From contig CM041465.1 in NCBI GenBank assembly GCA_023213395.1, forward strand, positions 91,643,741 to 91,707,740: a DNA stretch of 64,000 bases, written 5' to 3'. The notes below the pieces were generated by a model. It had not been told where the DNA came from and made no database searches. It saw nothing but the letters and a program-made list of their open reading frames with translations. The position numbers were made by a program, and so were the translations under genes. This stretch comes from Cycas panzhihuaensis. Taxonomy: Eukaryota > Plantae > Cycadophyta. This document shows, piece by piece, positions 26,241-40,800 of the stretch; positions within the stretch are counted from its first letter, which is position 1, and every line of letters starts with the position of its first letter.

Positions 26241-29200
26241 ATGGAGAAGCTTGTACCATTAGTTATGTTCAATGGGAATAATTTTAATGAGTGAAAATCA
26301 CACATGGAGCTTGTTTTAATGGTAAACCAACTATGGGGAATCACTAAGTTACCTTTGTTAAGCTTGCCTTTGGATGAAAAAGATCGTGTATGTGTTGAAG
26401 AAAGATAATTTATGGTTGTTGGGTTACTTAAGTTATCTTTGGCTCCCGATCAAAGAGCTTTAGTATACAATCTTGAAACCCCATATGAAATTTGGACGAA
26501 ACTGTGTGATACTTTTAGAAAAAAAAAGACAAATCGTCGTGTTGGCCTCATGATGGAATTATTCAGTGCAAAAGTAGAAGATGAAAACAATATTAGTGCC
26601 TTCCTAAATAAGATTACTGATTTGAGAAGTAGATTGGATGAGCTAAAGACAAACTCAATAGATGATGCATTGTTATTTGCTATTATTATGTCCAAGTTAG
26701 CATTTGCCACATTTCAGACTATTTATGGTAGTGATGAAGCCATGGAAGGTGAGTCTTTTGAGTCATTCAAAAATCTGATCTTGGCTGAAGATGCCAAATT
26801 GAAGCATCATGGGATGCTTGATGGATCTATTTCAAATCAGGCCTTGATAATGAATACACAAAAGAAGGATATAATCTATGAAAGTAAGTCTACATAGAAG
26901 ATTGGTGAGACCTCTCGTGAAAAGAAGAAGTTTATGGGAAGCTGCAATTACTATAAGAAAGATGGTCATAGGGAAAGAAACTATTGGATCAAGAAATGGG
27001 ATAAGCACAAGGTAAGCTAAGACAAGAAAGGAAAAAGTGTTGTAGCACATTGTATTCAGGCCTCGATAATGTCATATTGAAAGAAAGACTATTGGATCCT
27101 AGACTCAGGTGCTCAAAAACACATCACCTATCTAAAGCATATTTTTGATGCCTTAGATACAGGTTCAATTGATGCTAACGTAATTCTTAGAGATGCCAGT
27201 GTTCTGCCTGTAGAAGGTATTGGAACTATTTCACTTGTAGGTGGAAAATTTGATGGTGTTTATTATGTCTCAAATGAAGCTAAATCTTTTCTCAACCTAG
27301 GAAATCTATAAGAAAGATATGAAAATAGAGCTCTACAATGATAAATGTCTAGTTAGAGATCTAAGGAAACACTACTGTATTGTTTCTACTGGGAAAGTAT
27401 AGGATAACTTTTGGATGTTTGAGTCTTTTAAAACCTAGCAGGATTCTTATATTTTCATTACCATTAATGATGATGTGAGTAAGTTGTGGCATGAAAGGCT
27501 GGGTCATCTTAACTATGGGAGCATCAATTTAATGAATTGATTAAAAATGATAACTGGTTTGCCTCATATTCAATGTTTAAAGGGTGCTTGTGAGGGATAT
27601 ATGTATGGAAAACATCAGCGTTATCCTTTTGCTAAAGATAATGCTTAGAGGGCAAAAGAGAAATTAGGCCTTATCCATACAAATTTGATGGGTCCATTAT
27701 CTAATCCTTCTATTTCTAGAGCTCGCTATGTACTTATGTTTGTGGATGATTTCAGTAGAAAAACATGGGTTTTCTTTTTAAAGAATAAGTCTAATGTATT
27801 TGATAGATTTTGTGAATGGAAAACTTGTGTTGAAAATGAATGTGGTATGAAGATTAAGATATTAAGAAGTGATAATGGAGAGGAGTATGATAACAATGCC
27901 TTTCATTAGCTCCATCTTGCCAATAGTATTAAGCGAGAATTTACTGTTCCATATACCCCACAGTAAAATGGTATAGAAAAAAGCAAAAATCATATCATAA
28001 TAGAAATGGTGAGGTGCATGGTGCATGGTAAGAGTTTACTTCCCAAGTTTTGGGTAGAATCTGTAGCGAAAGCAATTCATATTTTAAATAGGGTACCTAC
28101 TTTTATTGTTTGTGGCATTGCCCTCGAAGAATGTTAGACTAGTCAGAAACCTTCCATTAATTATTTTAAAGCATTTGGGTGCATTGTCTATGTACACATC
28201 CCAGATGAAAATTAGAAGAAATTAGATTGTAAGAGTTTAAAGTGTATTTTTGTGGGGTACTCTTTAGAGAGTAAGGCTTATAGACTTCGAGATCTATAAG
28301 GAGAGAAAATCTTAATTAGTTGGGATGTTAAGTTTGATGAGTTATTGATGTATCATGTTGATAGATCATCTGAAGATATATTTTATCCTCCACTTCTACC
28401 TTTTTCAAGTTGTGATTCAAAAGATTTATAGGTACATGAGCCTGTTCCGTAGAATGATTATGAAGCAAGACCTAGTGGAAGTTATATAGAGGATCCATCT
28501 CATGTTGAAACACAGTTTACAACCCATATTCTATTATGGGTAAGAAGAACCATTGAAGATTCTGGTGTGACGATTGAAAATCTAGAAGATGATCGAAGGA
28601 CAAGGAGTCAACATGCTAGTCAGGTCTTAGTAATAAACATCAATAATTCCAACAACTTTATTTCATTTGAAGAAGCGAAGGAAGATCCGCAATGGAAAGT
28701 TACAATGGAGGAAGAATTTTATTCTCTTATGAAGAATAATACATGGGATTTAGTTCTGCTTCCTCCCTTAAAGAACTTAATTGGATACAAGTGGGTCTAC
28801 AAGGTAAAGTATCACTCTAATGGTGAAGTATACAAATATAAAGTTAGACTTGTAGCTCAAGGTTTTAAATAGAAAGAAGGAATTGATTATGAAAAGACTT
28901 TTACACTAGTCTCTAAGATTTCAATGGTCTAATTGATTCTTGCTTTAGCAGCTACATTTGGTTGGGTGTTACATCAAATGGACATAAAGTTCGCATTTCT
29001 TCATGGAGACTTGAAAGAGGAGATCTACATAGCCCAACCTCTAGGTTTCCTAAAGAAATGATAGGAGCATTTAGTGTGTCGCTTGAAGAAATCTCTTTAT
29101 GGCCTAAAACAAGCACCACGTGCTTGGTATGAGAAGATTGATGCTAGATTAAAGGAAGATGGTTTTGTAACATTAGATTTTAAACCAAGTCTTTATATTA

Positions 29201-30204
29201 GAAAGAAAGCATCTTCAATAGTTCTTGTTATTTTATATGTGGATGACCTTATTATTATAGGAAATTATAGCAAGACTATTGTAGATACAAAAACCTTTTT
29301 GGGTTTCAACTTTCATATGATAGATCTTGGTCCTCTCCATCACTTTTTGGGCATCAAGATTAGGCATATGAAAGATTTCATCACGATGTTGCAGATAAAG
29401 TATGCTCAACCCCTACTTGAGAAATTTGGGATGAAGGATTACAAACCTACTAGGATACCATGTGTGAAAGGTATACAACTTCCAAAGAATATGGATAAAC
29501 TAGTTGTAGATGGGACATTGTATCAGTAATTAGTAGGGAGTTCGATTTATCTAACTCATACTAGACCTGATATTACCTATGATGTTGGATTAGTGCCTTG
29601 TTTTATGCAAAATCCCCAAGAGCCATATTTGAGTGTAGTGAAGAGGATTTTGAAGTATATTAAGGGTACACTTAATCTAGGTCTTGAATACCTTCACGGT
29701 GGCAAGTCAAAATTATATGGGTATATAGATGCTAATTGTAGTGGAGATGTTGAAGATCAAAAATCAACTACAAGATATATTTTTGGCATTGGAAATGGGT
29801 TTGCCTCTTGGCAATCTAAAAAGTAATCTACTATGGCCTTATTTTCTATAGAAGTAGAGTATCAAAGTCTAAGTGTTGGTGCAAGGGAAGCTGTATGGTT
29901 GCAGGGACTTTTGGAGACACTTAGAGTATCATCTAGCACTTCTGTTATTCATTGTGATAATTAAAGTGTTATCTAACTTGCAAAGAATCCAGAGTTTCAC
30001 GCACATATAAAGCACATCAAAATATAGCACCACTACATCTGTGAGTTAATCAGAACATGAAAGATGCAAGTTGAATATTATCCAAGTGAGGAGAAGCTTT
30101 CCAGCATGTTCATCAAGGCTCTTACTGAAGATTAATTTTTGAAGATTCGTGCAAATTTAGGGGTTAGTCTTGAAGGAGAATCTACCTTCCAAGACAAAGG
30201 TTAG
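26241..30204 (+). pseudogene. Copia A gag-pol (gag, CCHC, PR, GAG-pre-INT, INT, RT, RNase H) with many stops
   Basis: WILDSGA; LWHERLGHLN; FVDDFSRKTWV...LRSDNGEEY; KVRLVAQGF; LYGLKQAPRAWY; LYVDDL; HCDN...KHI. Confidence 0.95.
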
Positions 30205-30637
30205 ATACTTTATAATTTAAAGACCAACATTTATATTAAGAGGGGATGTTAAAATATTATCGACCAATGTCAATGTAATATATGAATCTTTTTTTATTAT
30301 TATTTATTTAGGTTGATAGATGTAAAAGATATTTAATATTTTTGGTCTTTTAGATCTATAAATACCCGAAGACCATTTGTACTCTTATGCTTTTTGGATC
30401 TAATGTAATCACTATTCTGAGGTGGGTTTACCCATTGAATCTCCTTGTATACTCATTTCTGTGATTGGCATGTGCATATTCGATTTGGTTTGCTCTACTT
30501 TTAATAGCTTCTAATGGGAAATTTTAAAGGAAATATATAATAGAGAAACTCTTAGCAAATGAACAATTTCTAATTAACTCAGGGCAATCATAGGCATTGA
30601 AGGAAGTTTATATCTAGTACAAGGATCAAATCTAATC

Positions 30638-30857
30638 ATGAGGCTAATATCATAGAATATTTATGGTATGAATACAATAATAAAATAGAGAATCCTAAGA
30701 AGAAAGATTAAATTTAGAAATAATATATTTGCCTAATTCAAGAAACTAGACTTCATATAGGTAAACTAGAAATCATTGCTCAAGAAATATAGAAGGGTTA
30801 TAATGTTATTGATATTAGTTCTATTAGAGCATTAGAAGGGCTAACTACCCTTTGGGA
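30638..30857 (+). pseudogene. L1 ORF2 endonuclease N-terminus
   Basis: MRLIS*NIYGMN...LIQETRL...GLTTLW corresponds to SWNVRG / QETK / GGLxxLW. Confidence 0.85.
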
Positions 30858-33099
30858 TATTAAAAATATTCAATATTGCTTTGATACCATGTATAAAAAT
30901 GGAAATGAACATACAAAACAACATAACTAAAGAGATCATATAGATATGTATAATGAAACCATACAATAGAATTGGAGGAAGAATATACATCCCTCGAGGG
31001 TTATATTAGAAGATAAGTATATATATAGTTACATCAACCTCTTTGTGGGCTAAATGAGTTATTATCATAACTCTTAATATAGCTCAACTTTTAAGAGTGC
31101 TTCAAATATGTGCATCTCGTTGTCAACATGAGGGATAGTGATCACATGAATTAAATATTACATCTCAACACCCCCATAAGATTTAATTCATGTCAAAGTA
31201 TATCTTTACAAGTTAATGTCCATATGAAGAGACAACCATATACCAATGCATATGCATAACTAGCCATTATACTCACCAGTCTTCTAGGATGCTCTTTAGA
31301 TAAATAGTTCATCAACTTCTGCATCCTAAACATGGACCTATCACTTGAACCATCTAAAATAGAATGTGATCCTTGACCCATGCACATTTCATCAGTTTTC
31401 ACCAAATCTATGTTAAACACATGTAAGATAATAAAAAAAACTAAATTAGGTAAAAAATAAAATTGATCCCCTTTTACCTTGACTCCCAATCACATTATAC
31501 TACCCATGTGACCACATGTTATAATTTGGGGGCTAATTAATAGACTCTAAATGAATATTAAAACCATTTTTATTAAATGGAATTAAGTTAAATAAATTTA
31601 CTAAAAAATTATATACTTAAATTTAAAACTTGTGTAGGCATCATATTTGTCTATTTCTTGATAATTTCATGTGTAGGGGGGCAACTCCAAATTTACTATT
31701 CTTTTTGTTTTCTTTTAATACTCTACTTATCAATGCTTGACTTAACTATACATTTTGTATTTTAGAGTAGATGGGTTAGGTTTGTTCTTCATCATCGTAT
31801 CTACTCAGGTTAAGGGAAATAAATTTTCTATAAAGTAACTTCACATTCATCTCTATGGCTACTATGCATTATGATTAATTGATTCTTCATCTTATCTTTA
31901 TGGTTGTTTATAAATGGCTTCTTTGTCATTGATTAAGCTTGGGTGATTTTGTCTACTTCTAATGATTCAATGGCTTTGTCTTTTAGTTGTAAATTAGCTT
32001 CGTGCTCACCTCACTTAGGTTGTGCTTTGTAACTCTAACTACCCATAGACTTTATCTCTAGCTCACATGCACATAATAAATGGCATCTCAAATCATGTCT
32101 CTACCCTTTGTTACGATAGTTACTACATGCTTGTCATCCTATAAAATAAAAAGATCTCTATGTTTACTCACTCTACTATGTTTATTCTAATTCTCTTCTA
32201 TACGTACAATTATCAAATTTAGATCTATGGATTTAACTTCCTTTATAAGTTAGTGCTTTGTCAAGTATCAATTACAAATAGGAGTATTTCTTCAATGGTA
32301 GTCTATTAAGTAATTTTCCATGGCATCTTTGACACTATGCCATTAACATGGTCAAATGGACTATTAGAATATAATGTTTAATGTATATGTGTCTAAGTAA
32401 AGTATGTCTTAGATTCAATAGTCATAGTCCTAAAGTATTAAGATCTAGACGTCATACATTATAATAATATTATGTGGAAAGTTAGAAGGTTATTAGTTAA
32501 TTAGTTGGTAAAAATTATTATTGGTTAAGTTAAAGGTAATTGTCTCACATGTGTCTCATCTCTTTTATGTTCTCCTACCTATGTTGTATATAAAGGTTGT
32601 TGAGGTAATGTATGGAATCAAGTCATTATTGGGACTCATGTTGAGTCTATGGTGCATTAGTACTCTGGTGTAATCTATTTGTATTATGTTAATACAAACC
32701 TTGCCTTGTTCATTGATATTATTACTTATTGTTGCAATTGAATGCTTTCCACGTTAAAATCTAATATGGTATAAGAGAGTGTCATCCTGTTATAAAAAGA
32801 AGATTGAGAGAGGAGAAGTCTAGTGAAGGATAAAGTGTTCAAGAAAGGAGGTAGCTCCATCAACTTGGTTGGAGACTTAATTGAAAGAGAAGTTTCAAGG
32901 CCATTATTAATTTGAAATATGCCATATGTTGATACAAACTAGGAATTTTCTCAAGTAACTTTGTTCCTCCATTTCTATGAAGTCCTTGATTGATAAAAGG
33001 GCAACATATGTTAGTCATTGAATCTTGTCAAGATTTAATACCCATTAGGGTTTGTTGAATGAAAAAAGAATCTTTGATAGTTTAGTATAAGGGTCTATA

Positions 33100-33584
33100 C
33101 CCTAGATAGGAAGTCTATTACCAAATCTACCCTATTTGTAATATAATAGTAGTCTATAGAAAATAAAGGAGGCTCATAGTTTAAAACCCTAGCCAACCAT
33201 TAATAGAAGTCATAGTAAAGCAATATTATCCAAGTCTTCAAAGAGCTATGGCCCAAGAAAAAGATTGTGAAGGAAGAGTGCAATAAGATATGTTGTGTAA
33301 TTTTAGTGGTGACAGTTATACTCGTGGAAGTTGTAGCAACCAATTTGGCTCGAAGACATACACCCTACAATTCTAAAAATTATTACAAGTATATTTATTA
33401 TGAGTAGTAGCCATCCCCAACTAGTTAGGGATATTCTTATGCAAAGCAGCATAATGATAGAAGTAAAGGTTATACCAAACAATATATAATTGATCCACAT
33501 GAAAAGATTCCTTATGTAATAGGCTACACTCTCTTTAGTAGACTTGCCAATGAAATTCTCTTCTATAATAACTCCTATCTTCAA
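33100..33584 (-). pseudogene. Captured fragment of a plant multi-pass membrane protein gene (resembles the At5g16250/At3g02640-type family, from memory)
   Basis: ESVAYYIRNLFMWINYILFG...CIRISLTSWGWLLLII...IVGC aligns by eye with ESHYYTHKLFL..NYVLLG...LRL.PS..G...I......GC. Confidence 0.55.
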
Positions 33585-33915
33585 ATATTCTAATGGCTTC
33601 TATCTCACAATATTCATGAAAATTGAGATCCTTCAGAAGTGACTATGATGGAGTGGTACTTGTGAAGCTGGAGCCACACTTTTATTGTTGATGTTTTACA
33701 TACTATGGATCTTATTGGCACTTGCATGTGTCATTCATTAGTATACATTTATTAATTATTACCAAGATCTAAAAGGTAAGAAAAGTAGGAATTCTGTTAA
33801 GGTTTAAGAAGAACCTCTTGATTATGTTGTTATTATTTGGGATGAGTCTATCTGCTCTGTAGACTTTCTAGTCAAAGAGTTGTGTTGTAGATAATTCACC
33901 CATTGTACTCTTTCT

Positions 33916-34159
33916 TCAGTCACCCACCTTCCTAATGGGTTTTACAGTTTTCATAGGGTTTAAACCAATAGATTTAATAGCACCCATAGACTTGGCAGTA
34001 ATACTCTTCTTGGATGTCTTAGGCTTTGAGGTAAGCTTTTTAGATTTAGTAGACTTTGCAACCTTTGATTTAGATACAGTTTTAGTTATAGTCTTGGAAG
34101 ACTTCTGTTTGGTAGGAGCCTTTCTTAGATTCACCAGATAGCTTAAAGGAATCCTTCAC
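33916..34159 (-). pseudogene. Captured histone H1-like fragment
   Basis: VKDSFKLS (end of the H1 globular domain, VKxSFKL) is followed, after a frameshift, by a K/S/T/A/P-rich tail KAPTKQKSSKTITKTVSKSKVAKSTKSKK. Confidence 0.65.
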
Positions 34160-34864
34160 CTATGTCTTCTACCCAACAAACCTTAATTTATGAATAAATT
34201 CAACATGGGCTATATAGTAGGTACAGTTCATGATTAGATCTGTATGTAAGGGAAACATTAGAGGGTGCATAGGGTTCATTACTTGAATGACTAGCTAGCA
34301 TAAAGGAGGACCTACATGTTCATATGTGAGAAGCTTGGTAAAGTTTATGCAGAATAGAGGAATGCAGATCTGTAAGAAGCCTAGTAAAGTCTACATTACC
34401 TCCTCATCTATCGATCCAGAAATCCACTACCTCTCATACGTGATTAGAATGATCAGGGTCTTAATCCTAGCACCTTGATATGCCCTAAAAGTTGGGATCA
34501 AATTAAATTGATTTGAATTAGGCTAGCTAATTTCATGAGCAATATATTGTGAGCATATAAGGTTACAATCATTATTTTGATGTTATTTCATCAAAGACTT
34601 TCTTCAAGATTAGTGAATATAATTTAGTTGTTGATAATGATGGTGATATAAGAAGATTTATATTGGCATGTAAGTGTAAGTTTTGGGCTAAAGATTTCTC
34701 AATTGATAATAGGACAAGTATGTGAAATATTTGACATGCCATGTCCATGAAGTCATAAATTTTGGATAATGTTCTCTTGCTCAACTTAGCCATTCAATAT
34801 GGAGTTAAGTGAGGTCGTTACCTTTGTAGTGGAGAAAAAAGAGTTTTAAGTAACAAACAACAAC

Positions 34865-35500
34865 ATAGTTTTACCCAAATATGTTAGAGTTAACTTTTGA
34901 ATTTGGAAAATTAAAATGGAATGTGTTTTTAAGATTAAAGGATTATGGAAAATTATTCTTAAAACTATTTCAATTAACAAAGAAGGGGAGGTAACTTTCA
35001 AGAGGAAAAACAGAGTAGCCATTGATGCAATGGTTGTAACTTTTGATAAGGAAAACCTTCATTATTCATACTATTTTCTTATCCAAACACTTCAAAATAT
35101 TGACTTAGCTGAAGAGGCCTAGAATTTGTTAGTAGAAGTAAATGAGAAGGGTCTTGAAGAAGTATAAAAGAATATCAAGATGATAAGGAACCAAAAGAAA
35201 AAGTTGAAAAGGAAAGCAAAATATTAGCCTAATTCTAGTAAGATTAGTCTACACATTGACTTAAATGATACTCTTAAAGAAAATGAATGGTTACATGAAC
35301 CTATCTGTAGAAAAGAGTTTGATGATCTTTGCTTGAAATCTAATGAAGATAACGAATATTTAGATTTGCCAAATATCTTGAGCCTCACCAACTTGATAGG
35401 AAAGCCTACATTGGGAATTACTAAAAGAGTGGAGGTTGAAGAATCTGAATGTCAACCTTAACATGTAATACTCCATGGAGACATAAGTGCCTTAACAAAA
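34865..35500 (+). pseudogene. Copia-type gag N-terminus of element Z
   Basis: WKIKMECVFKIKGLWKII...AEEA*NLL is homologous to the gag of element Y; no pol follows. Confidence 0.75.
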
Positions 35501-37814
35501 AATATAGGAAATATTACCTTAATTTATGTTGACAGTTTTGTAGCTAGGGTTCAAATAATGTCAGGATATACAATTATTTACATATACTTGAGACTATCTA
35601 TGATTATATTCAACTCAGTTATATCTTCTATTCTCACCTTTGAAAGAATCCAAATTGTGATAACATACCCTATAAAGACTCTAAAGGTTCATTCAAAAAA
35701 AGAAGGAATATAGGCAGAATATCATATGATCAAAATCTTATCTGTCAAGATTGATGTATGTTTTGGATAAGCTACTTAACAGTGAAGGTCAATCATGTCA
35801 AAGTGTTGTTCCATCTTTATGTAGCCACAATCGGGAAATATGTGCATGTAGCCATAATGGAGATTCTCATCATACTTGGCACAAAGAATTTCTTGGATGA
35901 CATAGAAAGAATAAAGTATCTTATGGGTTCTAAAAATGTACAAGTGAAGTTAGGAAAGGAAACATTGTTCCTCCTTTCCTTTCAAGGAAGTACTCATTGG
36001 CCTAAAAAATTGATCATCTTGGCAGACTTCAGGAAGAACAAAGAAGGTTCATTTCTTTTCATAGAATTAAAATTGTATGTTATCTCCTTTAATCCAGGAG
36101 ACAAAAATCAAAAGATGCCACATCTATAATTAAAACACACAGGAGGAGTTATGAAGCAAGAAGCAAAAAATAACAGAATGGGCACCACATACAAGTTTTA
36201 TAGCATTTCAATTGAGGATCAAGTTTGTGACATCCCCTTTAGAAAAATTCCAAGACTTAGGCAATGGAAATTTAAACAACACTTCAAAGTCAAGTCCCAT
36301 GTTAGTTTGTGTTATTCTTGTTAGTTATTAGCACTAGCTATCATGTTGTCCTTAGTTTTTATAGTCTCAACATTAAATATTAAGGGGAGGTGTTAGAAGA
36401 TAATGTTTAATGTATATATGTCTAAGTAAAGTATGTCTTAGAGTCAATAGTTATATTCTTAAGTATTAAGGTCTAGGGGTCATACCATATAATAATATTG
36501 TGTGGAAAGTTAGAAGGTTATTAGTTAATTAGTTAGTAAAAAGTGTCATTGGCTAAGTTAAAGGTAATTGTCCCACATATATCCCATCTCTTATATGTTC
36601 CCCCACCTATGTTGTATATAAAGGTGGTTGAGGTAGTGTATGGAATCAAGTCATCATTGGGACTCATGTTGAGTCTATGGTGCATTAGTACTCTGGTGTC
36701 ATCTATTTGCGTTATATTAATATAAGCCTGACCTTGTTCATTGATATTGTTACATATTATTGGAGTTGAATGCTTTCTGTATTAAAATCTAACATGGATA
36801 ATGGTAAGATCATTTTATTCTCTGTAGCAACGGTCATATTCTTACCAATGACTTCAACTATAACTTAGTACATTAGCTCAATATCGTACTCAAACACTTC
36901 ATGACAACTTCTATAATAAGATTTTTCTTCTATAAGGTTATTCTTAATCAACTGGTGCTTCCTCCTCATGTTCAAGCTTATATCTATTATCATAACCACA
37001 ATCACAAACCTATAAAATATCTTGCCATAATATTTTCATGTTGAATCACCACTAACCTATGTATAATCAAAGTTCCTTATTTAGTTTCCATGTGTAATAT
37101 GCCCATTGGCTTGCATGTAGATTAGTGTATTCTAATTAAATTTACTTTAAATAATAGTATCAATAATCATGGTAAGAAATGAAGTAATACTTATGAACTA
37201 ACTATAACAAGCTTTGCATGTTTAATATAGGCATGACACATGCATAAATAAATATCTACATATAAATCAAACTCACCAAATATATGACATATAATCAACA
37301 ATCTTTAATCTTAGCTCATACTATCTCTATCACTAATGTTCATATGCTTCACATCTTAATCACTTTAAATTAAATAGTGGTTTGAAATAAAATAGGAGAG
37401 GTCTACCTAGTTTTAGCCCAGGTTCAAGACTCATACACACCCACAATACATTTAATCAATAATCATATGAAGCAATTGAATTCCTTGTAAATACTCCAAA
37501 GTATAACTTGCATTAACACATAATATCAAAATACATAATATGATAAGGATTACAGGGGAAAATCCTTGCAAGAACAAAAGAGGTTGTTACAATACATATG
37601 GAAAATATTAAACATAAGATCATTCAAGGTGATAGTCAACACTTTGCATGATTAAACCAACTTTATAATAATTAAATATTGAGAGCAAATAAACTACCAC
37701 ACACCTAGGTTCATAACATTAAGTTGTGACTAGACCCTTTTATGATAAAGAGCCCCTCAATAAAAACTATGTATAAATATTACATCAATATCACCCTCCC
37801 TTAATGATGAGTTT

Positions 37815-40800
37815 ATTAATTCTGACACTAAGGTCAAGTTAAACATTTTTAAATTTGTCACAAGAGAGTACTTTTGTGAAGATATCTATAATCTAGACAT
37901 TAATAGGGTTGTAGATCAAATCTATTTCACCATCATGTACATGCTCCTTAATGAAGTGATGGTGAACCTCGATATGTTTAGTTCTAGTATGAAACACCAA
38001 ATTCTTAGTCAATTTGAGAATACTTTAATTATTACAAAATAATGATGCAACTTATATCTGACTAATTCTGAGCTCTTCAAGAATCCTCCTAAGCCATATA
38101 GCCTCAGTAGTTATACTAATGGTAGCTTTATACTTAGTTTTAATTAAAAATAGAGTGATATTAGGCTATTTTTGTAACACCATGAAATTGAAGCAAAACT
38201 CAGGTTAAAATAGTAGGATAAGGTTAATCTATAGCTATCTTTGCATCCAACTCAATCTACATCTATGTAACCTATTAACAAAGAATTTTCCATGTGACAG
38301 TAATTAAGCCTAAATTGAAGAGTACCTTGAAGATATTTTAGAATCCTCATTGCTATTTTCTAATGTGAAATCTTAGGCATTGTCATGAACCTAGAATAAA
38401 TCCCAATGGAATAGGTAATATTAGGTCAAGTATGAGTGAGGTAAATTAATTCCCCCATAAGTTGCTTATACAGCATAGGATGCATAGGTTTTTCATGCTC
38501 ATCAATGTCCAATTTCAAATATGTCTCCATAGGAGTTAGTGATGGTTCATATTTATCCATCCTAATTTTTTAAGAATCTCTTTTATATAGTTTGATTATG
38601 AAAGGAAAATATGACCTAGCTCCTATTAGACTTCCATGCTAAGAAAATAATGGAGCAACCTAAGGTTAGTCATCTTAAAGCTATTGTTCAATTCTCCTTG
38701 GAGATATATAATCCACTCTATGTTATTATCAATTATCAACAAATGATCAATATAAAATATGACCAAATTTGGATTTGAAGATAAGTGAATGAGTCCATGC
38801 TTAAAAAAGTATTCATCAATCTTCATGTACCAAGTACGAGGTGATTGCTTAAGGCCATACAATGCCTTTTTCAGTTTGTAGACTAGGTGTTCTTTACTAT
38901 AAACAACAAAGTTAAGAGGTTGATTTATGTATATTTTCTCCTATAAGTTACCATTTAAGAAGGTACTTTTTACATCCATCTAGTAAACAGGCCAATTGAA
39001 TTGAGTTGTAAGTGCCAAAACAAGCCTTATAGTGGTCATGTTGGCAACTAGTATAAATATGTCATCATAACCAGCATCTTTAACTTGTGCCATCTTCAAC
39101 ACGTTTTAAAACATTTAGCAACCAAATGTGATTTATGTCATTGAATAAAGCCATCTACATGAAATTTTGGTTTATAAATCCATTTATAATTAATAGGTTT
39201 CTTCCTTTTAGGCATCTCAACAAGCTCCCAAGTATCATTTTGTAGGATAGAATCCATTTCTTTAGTCATTACTACTTGCCATTTTGGAGTTGCTATAGCT
39301 TCCTCAAAAGTGGACGGTTTAGGAGCTGGCAAAGCTTCTACTATTAAGGCAAAGTTATTATATGACCTATATTTTGATTATTTCTTTGCTTATTATGGTG
39401 GTGAAGGAGCAAAAGAAATTATCTGCATGTACCATTTAGGCAGTTATTTTCAAGTAGCATCATCCTAAATGCCCTTTGAGAGACTGATAACAATAGATGT
39501 AGATGTAGAGGTAGGTGGAGAAGATGATGAACCAAGAGTATATATTAATGTAGGAGGCATTTATTCTACAAGAATATTTTGCAAAGGAGGAGGAGCAATA
39601 TGTGCTTTATTAGACTAATCATCAAAAAATAAAATCTATATAATATTTAAATCCTGGGTCTCTTCCGAGAAAATGATATCCTGAGATATATATACATTTG
39701 CTTAGTGGTAGGATCATATAATTTATATGCTTTATAGCTAGGTTGATAACTAATAAAGATATATTTCCTACTCTTATTATCCAATTTTTTTCTCTATTCT
39801 TTTGGTATGAGTATGTACATTGTATAACCAAAAGTACACAAATATGAGACCATAGGTTTTTTACCTAACTAGGTCTACTTGAGAGTAATGATTAATACTA
39901 CCTTAGTTGGACTTATATTTATGAGATATGCTATTGTATGAAGGGCTTCATCCTAGAATTAAAGTCCTAAATTTATGGTAGCAATCATGGCTTTGTATTT
40001 GCTAACCAAAGTCCAATTCATTCTCTTAATAACTCCATTTTACTGAGAGGCGTATGGGATAGAAAATCATCATTTGAGACTATTATCCTTACAGAATTAG
40101 ATGAATTCATTTAATATGTATTCACCTCCATTATCATAATGAAGGATTTTTAGTGGCTTTCTACATTTAAGTTTAGCTCCATACTTAAACTCTTTAAATT
40201 TATCAAAGGCTTCTAATTTCTACTTTAGGAAATATACCCATACTTTTTTGGAGTAGTTATCAATAAATGTGATAAAATAATGACAACCTCAAAAGGATGC
40301 CTAGGACATGAGCCCATAAATATGTGAATGTACTAGGCCTAAAGGTTTCTTAGCATACCAGACTCTTCCATTTGACTTAAAGGAGCCTAATAATGTTTGC
40401 TCATAACACAAGCCTCACAAATATATTTAGTCTTATTTATGTTAAATATGCCATATACAACATTTAATTTATAAAGTAGATAAAGATTGTTCATATTCAA
40501 GTGACCTAGGCATCAATGCCATAACTAGTCTTTTGGAATTCTAGGAGAAACATATGACTTTGAAGCAAATTGATCATTTGAATCTAATGTTGAAGTAAAA
40601 TGATCAGAAGTGGAAGCTGAATTATTACAAGATCCAAATTCATGCGATTATATCAATGGTTTGATTATAATATCAATCTTGTATAGTCCCTGATCTTCAT
40701 ATCCGAAGGTAACTAGGTTACTATTCAAATCTATAATTAGGCATTTTCCAAGATGGCTAAACAAAACATCAAAGTTTTATTTATTTATTTGGCTAACTAA

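Larger units (their letters stand above)
21708..30506 (+). mobile_element. Full-length Ty1/Copia element A (pseudogenised)
   Basis: LTRs 21708-21968 and 30247-30506, PBS TGGTATCAGAGC at 21969-21980 (tRNA-iMet), PPT at ~30235-30246, perfect TSD GCTTC (21703-21707 / 30507-30511). Confidence 0.96.
32362..36794 (+). mobile_element. Gag-only non-autonomous LTR element Z with captured gene fragments
   Basis: LTRs 32362-32766 and 36391-36794, PBS TGGTATAAGAG, PPT TAAGGGGAGG, TSD TGGAC/TGGAT. Confidence 0.92.

Noticed and set aside
30878-31180. Internal LTR of a tandem (three-LTR) element, since it is flanked by both a PBS and a PPT
   Set aside because: Comparison with 48626-48958 and the TSD shows that the PBS-like sequence is inside the LTR; this is the ordinary 3' LTR of X.
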